Below are positions 12,646 through 24,920 of a stretch of DNA of 60,000 nt, piece after piece. The notes under the pieces were generated by a model. It saw only the letters and a list, made by a program, of their open reading frames with translations, did no database searches and was not told the DNA's origin. The stretch is taken from assembly GCA_038087875.1 (NCBI GenBank), contig CM075987.1, positions 22,012,001 to 22,072,000 of the forward strand, read 5' to 3'. This DNA is from Malacoraja senta. Taxonomy: Eukaryota. Within the stretch, counting starts at the first letter, position 1; each line of letters opens with the position of its first letter. The position numbers and the translations under genes were made by a program.

Positions 12646-13223
12646 TTTCCCTTCCCACCGCTGGCTTCAAAGTTAAAGCTGCCAAACATCCACTACTACA
12701 TTCCGAACTCAGCAGAATGGGGTGTGCTCGACTGGTCGACTGACATTATCGTTCTCCAGTCACAGTGCAGATGTGTCACCCAAACGCAGTGTTTACCGCC
12801 CAGGAACCACAACGTCGATCGCTGACCGCCGCCATGTTTGTGCGGGGCAAAAGCTCCCTGCGTACAAGAACATATTTTAAAACAAGTGCACTAGTCAACT
12901 ATTGTTCAAGCATTACTGGTGAAATTCATGAAAATGTTTGAAAGTCTTCCAAGATAGGAAATAGAAGCAAAAAACAACTAGTTAAAGGGACCGTGCCACA
13001 CACAAACATGGACGGTCGTTGTCATAATATTTAACTTATTTACGATTCGCACCGTTCGACACCAGACATCGCTCACTCTTTAAATGTAACCAAATTATGC
13101 AGGCGTGCGTTTTTTATTTTTGCGATAGGCTTGAATGACACTTGACAGGGGGCGAAGATCAAAGGGCGGGTCTGGTTTGCACTTCCGGGTTGGGCGTTGT
13201 GAAGGAGTTCTCTGGGTGTAAAT
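12646..13223. promoter_or_regulatory. Bidirectional CRAT/PTPA promoter and 5' UTR region
   Basis: Lies between divergent start codons (12645 on -, 13224 on +) and is relatively CpG-rich. Contains a GC box GGGCGGG at 13164-13170, an ETS/GABP-type ACTTCCGG at 13181-13188, and YY1-type AANATGGC motifs at about 12831-12838 (-) and 13221-13228 (+). Confidence 0.8.
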
Positions 13224-13512
13224 ATGGCAGGTTCTAGTGAGTCAGGTCAGTATCTGGGCAAGAGTTTCTCTCTTATTATTTATTCTTATAAGGGGATTCA
13301 CTATCTTACTCTGCCCCATGTGCTGATAAGTATTTGTCGATATACATATAATATTTGCCGTTCTCTGGGTGTAAATATGGCAGGTTCTAGTGAATCAGAT
13401 CAGTACCTGGGCAAGAGTTCCTCTCTTATTATTTATTTTTATAAGGGGATTCACTATCTTACTCTGCCCCATGTGCTGATAAGTATTTGTTGATATACAT
13501 ATAATATTTGCC
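13207..13512 (+). repeat. 153-bp tandem duplication covering PTPA exon 1 and the start of intron 1 (13207-13359, 13360-13512)
   Basis: Two adjacent copies with 6 substitutions by my count. Confidence 0.97.
13224..13245 (+). CDS. PTPA: PTPA coding exon 1 (MAGSSES + G)
   Basis: aatATGG Kozak context; donor CAG|gtcagt; phase 1 joins exon 2 in frame (G+GC). Confidence 0.8.
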
Positions 13513-14814
13513 GTCTTTAAAGCTTACCAGTGCTGGCCTTGGTTTGATTACAATGAGTACGATTAATTGAATTATAATTTAACAACAATTTTATAATTCA
13601 CCTTTATTTTTTACATTTAGCAACTAATGAATCCCAAGTGCTTAGTGAAAGTTTTGAATAGGTCCGCTAATGAAAAAGAAAGATACCGTTGAGGCCACTC
13701 AGCTTTCAAACACAGTTGTGGTTGATTATCATGTCCGCTTATCTCCTTTGGGCCTATGTCGTAAATGCCATTACACACCGGGAACTCAAGTACTGACTAA
13801 GGGAGGGAATAGGCTCACAGTGTAGGAAACAATTGTAGTGGGACGTGTATATTCTCATTTTAAAAGCGTGCATTTGTTTTCCTGGTGTCGGCAATGGCAG
13901 AACAGTACTTTCTTTAACACAAGGGTCTAATGTAAACAGTTACCTAATTTACAAAAGTTGACAAATTTGTAAAGAGTTTGTTGCTAAGTTCACAATCCTT
14001 ATGACTTGAAATATGGAGATGTTTAAGTTCACAGATAACACAGGTAACATCAAGCTGTGAAGTTAGCTTTCAGAACAAGTGTCAATGTTCTCCCAAGAGG
14101 TCTGTCACCCAGAGAGAGACTGGATAATTATAGCAGACTTCCTTCCTCAAATGCTGTTAGTAAACCAGATAGTTTTGTTCAATTCGTTGCTTATTATTAC
14201 TTCATTCAAAGTATTCATTCAATCATTTACTTATACCATGATTTTTAAACTATTCCAGATATATTTAATTACTTGAATTTAAATTCTGAGCTGTGATGAT
14301 AGGATTCAAACTAATGTCTCTTGTTCACTAACTCAGAAAGCAAACCACTGGACCCATTCCTGAATCTTGAGTGCAACCTTAGCAATCGTGTTTGTGCAGC
14401 ACTGAGGGAGTGAGAATGTCATGTATTTCAAATAAGTTGTTAAATTAATGCCATCTTTTATCTCTTGAGTTGTGTGGGAGTTTAAAATATTATTTGTGTA
14501 GGAAAGAACTGCAGATGCTGGGTTAAACCGAAGATAGACACAAAATGCTGGAGTAACTCAGTGGGACAGATAGCATCTCTGGAGAGAAGGAATGGGTGAC
14601 GTTTCGGGTCGAGACCCTTTTCAAACTGAAAGTCACGGGAAAGGGGAACGAGAGATATAGACGATGATGTAGAGAGATATAGAACAAATCAATTAAAGAT
14701 ATGCAAAAAAGTAACAATGGTAAAGGAAACAGGTCAGTGTTAGCTGTAGCTACGTGAGAATGAAAGACTTGGTGGGGGAGGGGTGGAGAGAGAGGGAATG
14801 AAGGAGTTATTTAA

Positions 14815-16797
14815 TTTAAAGAATGCATGGATGTACTTCAAAAATTGTTCATCCCTGGCGAAAAAATAAAAAGGGGAAGGCGGCTCAACCGTGGCTAACG
14901 AGGGAAATCAAGGATAGTGTTAAATCCAAGGAAGAGGCATATCAATTGGCCAGAGGAAGGAGCAAACCGGAGGACAGGGAGAAATTTAGAACTCAACAGA
15001 GGAAGTCAAAGGGGTTAATTAAGAGGGGGGGGGGAAAGTGCATGAAAGAAAGCTTGCGGGGAATATAAAAACGGACTCTAAAAGCTTCTTTAGACATGTA
15101 AAAAGGAAAACATTAATGAAGACAAATGTAGATCCCTTGCAATCAGAGACAGGTGAATTTATAATGGGAAACAAAGAAATGGCAGAACAGTTAAACGAGT
15201 ACTTTGGTTCTGTCTTCACCAAGGAAGACACAAACAATCTCCCAGAAATACTAGGGGACCGAGGATCTAATAGGAGGGAGAAACTGAAGGGAATCCACAT
15301 TAATCAGGAAATGGTGTTAGGTGAACTGTTCGGACTGAAGGCAGATAAATCCCCAGGGCCTGATGGTCTGCATCCCAGAGTACTCAAGGAGGTGGCCCTA
15401 GAAATCGTGGATGCATTGGTGATCATTTTGAAAATGTTCTCTCAACTCTGGATCAGCTCCTGTGGACTGGACCCTAGCCAATGTAACCCCACTTTTTAAG
15501 AAAGGAGGGAGAGAGAAAACAGGGAATTATAGACCAGTTAGCCTTACATCAGTAGTGGGGAAGATGCTTGAGTCGATTGTTTATGATGTTATAGTAGCGC
15601 ATTTGGAAAGCAGTAACAAGATCGGTCAAAGTCAACATCTATTTATGAAGGGGAAATCATGCTTGACTAATTTTCTGGAATTTTTTGAGGATGTAACAAG
15701 TAGAATGGATAAGGGAGAGCGAGTGGATGTGGTGTATCTGAACTTTCAAAAAGCCTTTGACAAGGTTTGGTTTAGTTTAGTTTATAGATACAGCACGGAA
15801 ACAGGCCCTTCAGCCCACCGGGTCCGCGCCGACCAGCGATCCCCGCATATTAATACTTTCCTACACCCACTAGGGACAATTTTTACATTTACCAAGCCAA
15901 TTAACCCACAAACCTATGTGTCTTTGGAATGTGGGGGGAAACCAAAGATCTCGGAGAAAACCCACACAGGTCACGGGGAGAACGTACAAACTCCGTACAG
16001 ACAGCACCCGTAGTCGGGATCGAACCCGGGTCTCCCTCCGGCGCTGCATTTGCTGTAAGGCAGCAACTACCGCTGCGCCACTGTGACTGCCCAAATGGTG
16101 TCAGATTAGGAAAAAGGGAGGTCAGTCACGTAGGCAGTGAAGAGAGCTAATGGCATGTTGGCCTTCATTGTGAGAGGATTTGAGTTTAGGAGCAAGGACG
16201 TCCTACTGCAGTTGTACTGGGCCCTGGTGAGACCGCACCTGGAGTATTGTGTACAATTTTGGTCTCCTAATTTGAGGAAGGACATTATTGTTATTGAGGG
16301 AGTGCAGCGTAGGTTCCCCAGGTTAATTCCCAGGATGGTGGGACTGACATATGATGTAAGAATGGATCGACTGGGCTTGTATTCACTGGAATTTAGAAGG
16401 ATGAGAGGGGATCTTATAGAAACATATAAAATTCTTAAAGGTCTAGACAGGCTAGATGCAGGAAAAATGTTCCTGATGTTGGGGGAGTCCAGAACCATAG
16501 GTCACAGTTTAAGAAGTAAGGGGTAGGCCATTTAGGACTGAGATGAGGAAAAACTGCTTCACCCAGAGACTTGTGAATCTGTGGAATTCTCTGCTACAGA
16601 AGGCAGTGGAGACCAATTCACTGGATGTTTTCAAGAGAGAGTTACATTTAGCTCTTAGGGCTAAGAAATCAAGGGATATGGGGAAAAAGCAGGTACGGGG
16701 TACTGATTTTAGATGATCAGCCATAATCATATTGAATGGCGGTGCTGGCTCGAAGGGCCGAATGGTCTACTCCTGCACCTATTTTTCTAAGTTTCTA
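14815..16797 (+). mobile_element. CR1-clade LINE ORF2 fragment with 3' tail, internally deleted and interrupted by a SINE
   Basis: KSPGPDGLHPRVLKE, NYRPVSLTSVVGK, DVVYLNFQKAFDKV, LVRPHLEYCVQFWSP. Confidence 0.95.
15766..16091 (-). mobile_element. V-SINE (HE1-like) inside CR1
   Basis: Reverse complement of the SINE at 3494-3798, with the (tttag)n tail at the left. Confidence 0.9.
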
Positions 16798-17999
16798 CGT
16801 GGTTAGAGAAATCCATATTCATACCCCTGGGTTGTAAGCTGCCCAAGTGAAATATGAGATGATGTTTCTCCATTTGCGTTTAGCCTCGCTCTGACAATGG
16901 AGGAGGCCAAGGACCGAAAGGCCAGTGTGGGAATAGGACGGGGAAATAAAGTGTTTAGCAACCGGCAATCATGTAGGTCCAGGTGGACTTTGCGAAGATG
17001 TTCAGCGAAATGATCACCCAGTCTATGTTTGGTCTCGCCGATGTATAACAGTCCACATCTTGAACAACGGGATACAGTAGATGAGGTTGGAGGAGGTGCA
17101 AGTGAACCTCTGCCTAACCTGAAAGGACCGTCGGGGTCCCCGGACAGAGTCGAGGGAGGAGGTATAGGGACAGGTGTTACACCTCCTGCGGTTGCAGGAG
17201 AAGGTACCTGGGGATGGGGTGGTTTGGGTGGGAAGGGAGTTGCAGAGGGAACGGTCTCTGCGGAAGGCTGAAAGGGGTGGAAGATGGGAAGATGTGACTA
17301 GTGGTGGGATCCTGTTAGAGGTGGCGACAACAAAAATGTATTTGTTGTCACGCAAAGATCAGAGGAGATTTCCAAGATGTTGTGGCCAACACATATCTTA
17401 CAACCAATATAACTAAATATGTTTTTAAAACGAGATGCTGAAAATCTGAAAATTAAAAAGTGGATGTGCTTAGTGGATCAGGCAGCATCTGTGGAAGTAA
17501 ATTTTTCAGCTTGAAGTCCCTTCTTCAGCTGGGGTAAATTAAAAAACGGAAGTTCGTTTTTTTGTGGCAAAAAAGGCAGGCAGAGATAAATGAAAAGACC
17601 AAGGCAATGCCCAGAATTTTGTGTCTTAAAGGCAATGTCTGGAATAGGTTGAGACCAGAGGTGGGTGCTGTGGAGATTTCTGCAAAGCTGATTATTTGGT
17701 CATTTTTGTGGGAATTTGTTGTATGACATCAGCTGCTCATTTCCTACATTATGCAAGGTATTTCAAAAGTTCTTTATTATCTGAACATGCATTGTGAAAA
17801 GTGCTGTATAAATATGAGCTCTTTCTGTCCAGAAGCCGTCAGTGTTTTTTGGACAGAACTGCTTAGAGTCATAGAGTCAAACAGGCCCCTTGGCCGAACT
17901 TGCCCACCCTGACAAACATGCCCCATCCACACTAGTTCCACCTGCCTGCATATGGCCCATATCCTTCCAACCATATCCTATCCATGTAGCTGACCAAAT

Positions 18000-19620
18000 G
18001 TGCCTGGCCAAAAATCCTCTTTGGGAGGCATAACAAGATTAGACTAGGTGTCTTCTGCCAGGTAACTCATCTCATCAGGTTTGGGGTTGTGAGGTCAATT
18101 ATTCCAGCCAAGGACATCGTGGCAACAAACACAAAATGCTGGAGGAACGCAGCGCCTCAGGCAGTATCTGCGGAGGGAATGGACAGATGGCTCGAAGGGC
18201 CGAATGGCCTACTCCTGCACCTAATTTCTATGTATCTCTGACGTTTCGGTTTGGGACCCTTCTTCAGACGAGGTCTCTTCAGAAGGGTCCAGACCCGAAG
18301 CATCACCTGTTCATTTCCTCTCCAGATGCTGCCTGTTCGCTGAGTCCTCCAGCACTTTGTATTTTGCTCCAAATTCCAGCATCTGCAGTCGCTAGTGTTG
18401 ACATCACTGCACAAGTTCTTTAGGGCAGTGGCCTAGGCCCAAACATCAGCTACGACAGCTATGTTTTACCATCTTTCAATTGTAAGCAGAGTGCATATGT
18501 TTGCTGAATGGCACAGTGATTCTTTTGCAATTCCTCGACAAATAAACCAATCGATACCTACATGTAGCAGGAATTAGACTAGTGGCAAGTGACATTTATT
18601 CCATAATCGTGCCAGCAGGGAGTTTGTATACAGCTAATCCTCATGGCTTTACACTAACATACACATTCTCTGTCCATCCCCACCCTACATACAGCTTAAC
18701 ATGCTGTTTTTCTGTGCTCAGTTCTGGCAAAGAATTTTAGACCTGAAACCTTAACACTGTTTCTCTTCCCACAGAAGTGGCATGACCTGCTGAGTATTTC
18801 CAATATTTTCTGTTCTAAAATGCACTATAATTGTGCACCCAAGCTAGTCCAACATAACTTCCGTAAATCTGAGACCTTGATCACCAGGAAGGACTAAGGG
18901 CAGTAGGAACATGCAGACTCTATTGCCTGCAGGTTCATCTCTGTTGTACGGCATTAGGTACTAAGTTCTGGAGCTCCCACAAAACTACTTCAGGGGAGCG
19001 AGCGCCTTCACCAGAAGTAACACAGTGCTTCAGGAAGTTGGCTAATCACTGCCTTCTCAAGGGCACAGGGAGGATTAATAAACGGTGAAATTGCGGGTGA
19101 TACTCACATCCTGCAAGATCAATAAATTACAACACATTGTCCACATTCCCACTCTGCCGAACAACCACCCAAAGCCATTCATTGCCTACAATGCTGGTCA
19201 GGAGCGCGATGGAACACAACCACTTGAGTGGAGGAATACAACTCCACAACACACAAGAATCTTGACACTATCCTGGACAAATTAGCACTTCATTCACTGC
19301 CCTAAGCATCAGCACCTTCACTGTCAGTACATCAGGTCTGCAGTGTGTGCTCAACAAGGTTTATTTGACAACACTTCTAACTCATGACTGCCAACTCAGC
19401 ACTTCTTAAACCCATTGTCTCCACCAGCTAGAAGGACAAGGGAAATAGGTATATTTGATTGTCGCCATTCGTGACTTCCCTCCGTTAAACATTTATTTCA
19501 ATGTGGAAATATATCACTTTATTTGTTCTGTCTAAATCGTGGTGATTTACCACCACCTTCTCAAGTAGTTAAAGATGAACAATAAGTGAAACGAAAATGA
19601 AGCCTTGCTAATAATGCTCA
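18000..19620 (+). mobile_element. Fragmented old LINE (second family) with nested Penelope-derived short elements
   Basis: Shares motifs with 5570-6680 in opposite orientation; a fold-back insert occupies about 18125-18395. Confidence 0.55.
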
Positions 19621-20439
19621 CATTGTATTTCAGAGAAGAAAATTGGTTAATTTCTTACTGGTAAAAAGGTACCAGGATTAAAATTATTTAAGTCTTAGTA
19701 GGGTAGGGTAGGAGTAGGGTAGAAGTGATGGGCAATGTGAGATGGTTCATTTCCCTGGAGATTAGTATGTGGAAGGCATTGCAGTGAAGCCTGGTGCTCT
19801 CATTTCCCGGTAGCCATTTGCCTCCCAAGCAAAACGAGAAGTGGGAAATGTTTGCTTTTTTTTCAAGCTTTTCCCATTGTAGCTGTGTCACCTGGGATCA
19901 CATTTGTTGACAACCTTGGGATCTCTCGGCCTGAAACCTGCCATTACCATAAGGGAATAATATCAGTATTAAAGGTAACTAATTTAACAAATTGCATTGT
20001 GGAAACTGGAAACCAAGCAGTGAATCACATAAAAACAGACATGATAGTGGTTCTTGCAGTTCATTCTTCCATTAAAATGGAAATGTCCACCTGTCTTCCT
20101 CATGAATGATTCTTGCTTCTAGACCACACCAGATATGGATCTTTGTTTATATAAAATTGTATTTCTTAGTTTTAAGCCAAAACTTGCCTTTCACCAGTAT
20201 GGTTTCTCCTTATTCTACAGTATTAGTTTAACTTGAATGGTGCTTCAGATTAACCAAGGAATATTCCATATACTTTTATAATGCTGAACTATATTCATCC
20301 CTCCACCACTGCTGTTTGTGACTTACAGTCTGGTAATATCTTGATTTTAAAATATTGTTCCTTGTTTTCAAATCTTTGCTTGGTCCATCTTCTTATGGTA
20401 ATGGCAGCCTTTGATAAGGTCCCACATAAAGGTAATGGC

Positions 20440-21610
20440 AGCCTTTGATAAGGTCCCTTTTGATAAGGTGGGCAAAATTAGAGCACGTGGTATTGGGGGT
20501 AAGGTACTGACATGGATAGAGAAGTGGTTGGCAGACAGGAAACAAAGAGTAGAGATTAATGGGTCCCTTTCTGAATGGCAGGCAGTGACTAGTGGGGTAC
20601 CGCAAGGCTCGGTGCTGGGACTGCAGCTATTTACAATATACATAAATGATTTAGATGAAGGGATTAAAAGTAACATTAGCAAATTTGCAGATGACACAAA
20701 GCTGGGTGGCAGTGTGAACTGTGAGGAGGATGCTATGAGGATGCAGAGTGACTTGAACAGGTTGGGAGAGTGGGCAGATGCATGGTAGATGCAGTTTAAT
20801 GTGGATAAATGTGAGGTTATCCACTTTGGTGGCAAGAACAGGAAGGCGGATTATTATCTGAATGGTGTCAAGTTAGGAAAAGGGGAAGTACAATGTGATC
20901 TGGGTGTTCTTGTTCATCAGACACTGAAAGTAAGCATGCAGGTACAGCAGGCAGTGAAGAAAACTAATGGCATGTTGGCCTTCATAACAAGAGGAGTTGA
21001 GTATAGGAGCAAAGAGGTCCTTCTATAATTGTACAGGGCCCTAGTGAGACCACACCTGGAGTATTGTGTGCAGTTTTGGTCTCCAAATTTGAGGAAGGAC
21101 ATTCTTGCTATTGAGGGAGTACTGCGTAGGTTCACAAGGTTAATTCCAGGGATGGCGGGACAGTCATATGTTGATAGAATGGAGTGATTGGGCTTGTATA
21201 CATTGGTCTTTAGAAGGATGAAAGGATATCTTATTGAAACATATAAGATTATTAATGGATTGGACACGCTAGAGGCAGGAAACATGTTCCCGATGTTGGG
21301 GGAATCAAGAACCAGTGGCCACAGTTTAAGAATAAGGGGTAGGCCATTTAGAACAGAGATGAGGAAAAATCTTTTCACCCAGAGAGTTGTGAATCTGTGG
21401 AATTCTCTGCCTCAGAAGGCAGTGGAGGCCAATTCTCTGGATGCTTTCAAGAGAGAGTTAGATAGAGCTCTTAAAGATAGCGAAGTCAAGGGATATGGGG
21501 AGAAGGCAGGAACAGGGTACTGATTGTGGATGATCAGCCATGATCACAGTGAATGGCAGTGCTGGCTTGAAGGGCCGAATGGCCTACTCCTGCACCTATT
21601 GTTTATTGTC
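20440..21610 (+). mobile_element. CR1-clade LINE, relatively young 5'-truncated copy (RT domain to 3' tail)
   Basis: SGVPQGSVLG, KFADDTKLGG, KCEVIHFG, RVVNLWNSLP; only a few stop codons; tail cctgcacctattgtttattgtc. Confidence 0.96.
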
Positions 21611-23504
21611 TGTAACCCCTTCAGTCTAAAACCCTCCAGAGAATCTACAGTCTTGAGTTTTTTTAATTTAAGTTACTGCACTGTTGAATCATAGAAATGT
21701 TACAACATAGAAGGCCAATCAGCCCATCATATCTATGACAACTTCTCGCAGCGTAATTTTATCATTCCTGTACATGATAGGAATGCAACTTCACTCCATA
21801 ACCTTGAGCTCGCCTGTATATTACTCCATTGCTACGGGATTCCTCACCCAATAACTTATACGGCATTTTATTAAATGCCTTTTGGAAATTCAAAAACAAT
21901 CACTGGTTTCTCTTTATCCACACTCAAAGAAAGTCAGTAAATTTGTCACGCATAATTTGCCTTTCAAAAAATCACGTCTACTTTCCTTAAATGTATTATG
22001 ATTCACTAAAAGTCCTGATTCCACTTTGGATTCCAGCTTTTCCCAATGGCAGCTATTAGGCTGACTGACCAGTAGTTCCCTGCTTTCCTATATCCATATA
22101 TTTTGAATAGGGACATCACATTTGAGATTTACCAATCCTCCGGGATCATAGGAATTTTCAGAAGATCACAACATGTGCAAGTTATGCCCTTTCACAATTG
22201 ATAATAACTTGCACCATTACTGAGATGAACTTTCTGTGAGTTGGATTTTGAAATTTATTTCCAGCTGTTGAAAGGGTTTTGATAAGAGTAAACGAAGAGC
22301 ATGTTTTCACTGCAGGATGGTCAGTAACCAGGCAAAAGACTTTCACTTACTTGTAAAAAATATATGTTGATCTTTTCCTATTATAATTTGGATACACTGC
22401 CCAAAAAAATGATGGAAACGAAGTCAATAGCAGCGCTTTAAAGAGATTTTGATAAATATTTAAAGGAGATAAATATTTAAAGGATTGCCCATCTGTGGAA
22501 AAGCAGGGAGTAGGATAAATGTGAAAGAGCTGTTTTGTTGTGTCATGTTTTCTCATATGTAATTCCTTAAAAGAAATACACCTGATGAAAGAAATCGGCT
22601 TGTAAATCTATAAACTCAAATTGATTGATCTCAAATTTGAGCTATGCTCTATTGAGCAGATCTTTTCCGTTCTGGATGCAAACTTTCTCTGCAGAATTGT
22701 AATGATGGATTCCTGGTCGTAATGATCTGTCCCTGTGTCTTCAGTAAGGAATTTATTTTTCTGTCATCAAAATAGCTCACTTGGCCCATTATGCACTTGA
22801 AAGAGCTATCCAATTAGTTCTACTTGTACCATCCAGCTGTTGGTGTGTTGCTGCATGTACCCAATCCATCAATGTATTGTTCTGTAGAAGCTGCTTGTGT
22901 TGTCTGAAAGCATTGAATGGGGCACTTTCATGTTACATTTTAACAGCAGTCACTGTCACTGTCACTGCTGTGTCACACACAGGTAAACAAATTAACATCA
23001 ATCCTCTCTTGGGGACAATTTCTCGTTTTCTTCTACTTTAAATTGTCCTCCACTCGCATGGTATTGACTAAAATTCTCGAAACCTTACATACCTTCATTC
23101 CTTGAGAGCTTTTATATTTTTTTCCAATCTTCCTCCCACTGAACCACCCGATAGTTCTCTCTCGGTCAAGCATGTCTCAATGGGTAGCCTCTGAGAAAGA
23201 AGGTTGAGCGTGAGTTCCATTTGGTGACTCGACCACATAATCCCCATTGGCTCTCCCAGTATACATCTGAGGAAGTGCTGCAATGTTGGAAGTGCTTTTT
23301 CATTTTGCAATGTGACTCATTTGAGATCCCATGGACTGTCAGGTGAACAGAAATTTGAAAAAGGTAATTTCTTGTCAATAGCTTGACCAGCATTTGTCAC
23401 TCAATAACATATTTGCTTATTATAAGTATGGTTACACTTTTGAACAGTGCAAAAAGTGCTATATAAAATCTGAATTTTTAAAATGCTGTTGTGTACATGC
23501 ACAG

Positions 23505-23614
23505 GCTCGTCTCCTGAGGAAGAGATGCGGATGTCATTCACCAATCACACCTTCATTGTACCAAAGAAAGAGATCAATATGTTTACAGACATGGTGAAGT
23601 GGAAGCGCTCTCAG
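23505..23614 (+). CDS. PTPA: PTPA coding exon 2 (GSSPEEEMRMSFTNHTFIVPKKEINMFTDMVKWKRSQ)
   Basis: Matches human NFIIPKKEIHTVPDMGKWKRSQ; cag/gta boundaries; 110 nt. Confidence 0.95.
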
Positions 23615-23789
23615 GTACTGGATTGTTTGGAGTTTCCTGCGGTCTGTCATGAATAACTTGTCCGATCAGCTCTTGCTGTGAGGGTTGAGTTTCTGACAAA
23701 ATGAGTTAAAACTAGTTGAAACTTCTCCCTTCTCACCCAAGCTCCATATAGTAGAAAATGTTTAAGGGAAGATATAATTGTGCCCAATG

Positions 23790-24060
23790 TGCAGCACAAC
23801 GGTGCAGCTGGTAGTACTGCTGCCTCAGCGCCAGAGACCTGGGATAAATGCTGACCTCGGGTATTGACTGTGTGGAGTTTGCACGTTCTCCCTGTGACGA
23901 CGCGGGTGCCCTGGTCCTCAATTTCCTCCCACATTCCAAAGACTTGCGGGTTTGTAGTTTAATTAGCCTCTGCAAATTGCCCCTAGTGTGAATGGGTGAT
24001 CAATAGTCAGCGTGGACTCTGGGCCAGAGGTCTGTTTTCACGCTGTATCTTTATTCCATT
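23790..24060 (+). mobile_element. V-SINE (HE1-like)
   Basis: Same head, core and tail as other copies. Confidence 0.8.
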
Positions 24061-24570
24061 CAACCAATTGTGAAGGCTTTTTGACATTGCTTGCAATTTG
24101 GAACACATCGATTTAAAAGGGTGCTGAATTTGTTTCACTTTATTAACATTCAAAAGAGTTTGGGGTACTTGGATAAAAGGTTGTAAGGCTTTTGGGGGGA
24201 ACAATAGATTAGTGATGATTATTTGGATAGTTCTATTAAAGAGCCAAAGCACCCATGAGTGTCAGAATGGTGGCTTTCTGCTATATCATTTTATCATAAT
24301 GTGTGGAGTCAATTTGTATTCATTTATTTACAACTTACGCAGTGGAATATCAAAAATGTAAGATGCCTCCTGCTGTACATTTCTTCAGGCCATCAAATAG
24401 TTAAATGTTACTCTGTGTACAACAAAGTATGTTCCAATAAAGAGGGTGCAAAGAATATTCCTACCTCCCAATGATTGGTAGCCATTCAGTTAGATCATAA
24501 CTGATCCATTCAGGTACTCGATTTGGTTCTGTATCCCTTAAACCTCTTACCAAACAGACACCTAGCAATG

Positions 24571-24920
24571 TTGTAGGAATGAACTGCAGTTGCTGGTTTA
24601 AACCGAAGATAGACAAAATGTTGGAGTAACTCAGCGGGACATTCAGCATCTCTGGATAGAAGGAATGGGTGATGTTTCGGGTCGAGACCCTTCCTCAGGT
24701 TGAATCAAGGGAGAGGGAGATTCAGAGAAAATATAAGGTGTGAAAACAAGACAAAGGGGATGGAGATCAAGGAAAATGTAGAATAGATCATTGTTAGCTA
24801 GGAGAAGGTAACAACAAGCAAACAGATACAATGTAAAGGAGGACTAGTCGGAGAACTGAGAAGAGGGGAGGGATGGAGAGAGTGGGAAGGCAAAGGTTAC
24901 TTGAAGTTAGAGAAGTCAAT
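24571..24920 (-). mobile_element. Penelope terminal fragment
   Basis: Similar to 14497-14810 and 48262-48625; includes a ctgaggaagggtctcgacccgaaac motif on the minus strand. Confidence 0.75.

Larger units (their letters stand above)
14497..17330 (-). mobile_element. Penelope-like element 3' portion (GIY-YIG endonuclease remnant about 16800-17330; terminal region 14497-14810), split by a CR1 insertion
   Basis: CNRRRCNTCPY...FTCTSSNLIYCI followed, after a frameshift, by LLYIGETK-like sequence. The two halves are contiguous in sibling copies (ggttacttgaagttagagaa at about 24895 and, reversed, at about 48290). Confidence 0.88.

Noticed and set aside
13224..13493. 89-aa ORF with an internal repeat as a stand-alone protein
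   Set aside because: It is PTPA exon 1 read through into intron 1, kept open by the 153-bp duplication. Only the first 22 nt splice in frame to recognisable PTPA.
15038..16526. Autonomous, active LINE or Penelope element
   Set aside because: All RT and endonuclease ORFs in the window are truncated, frameshifted or interrupted.
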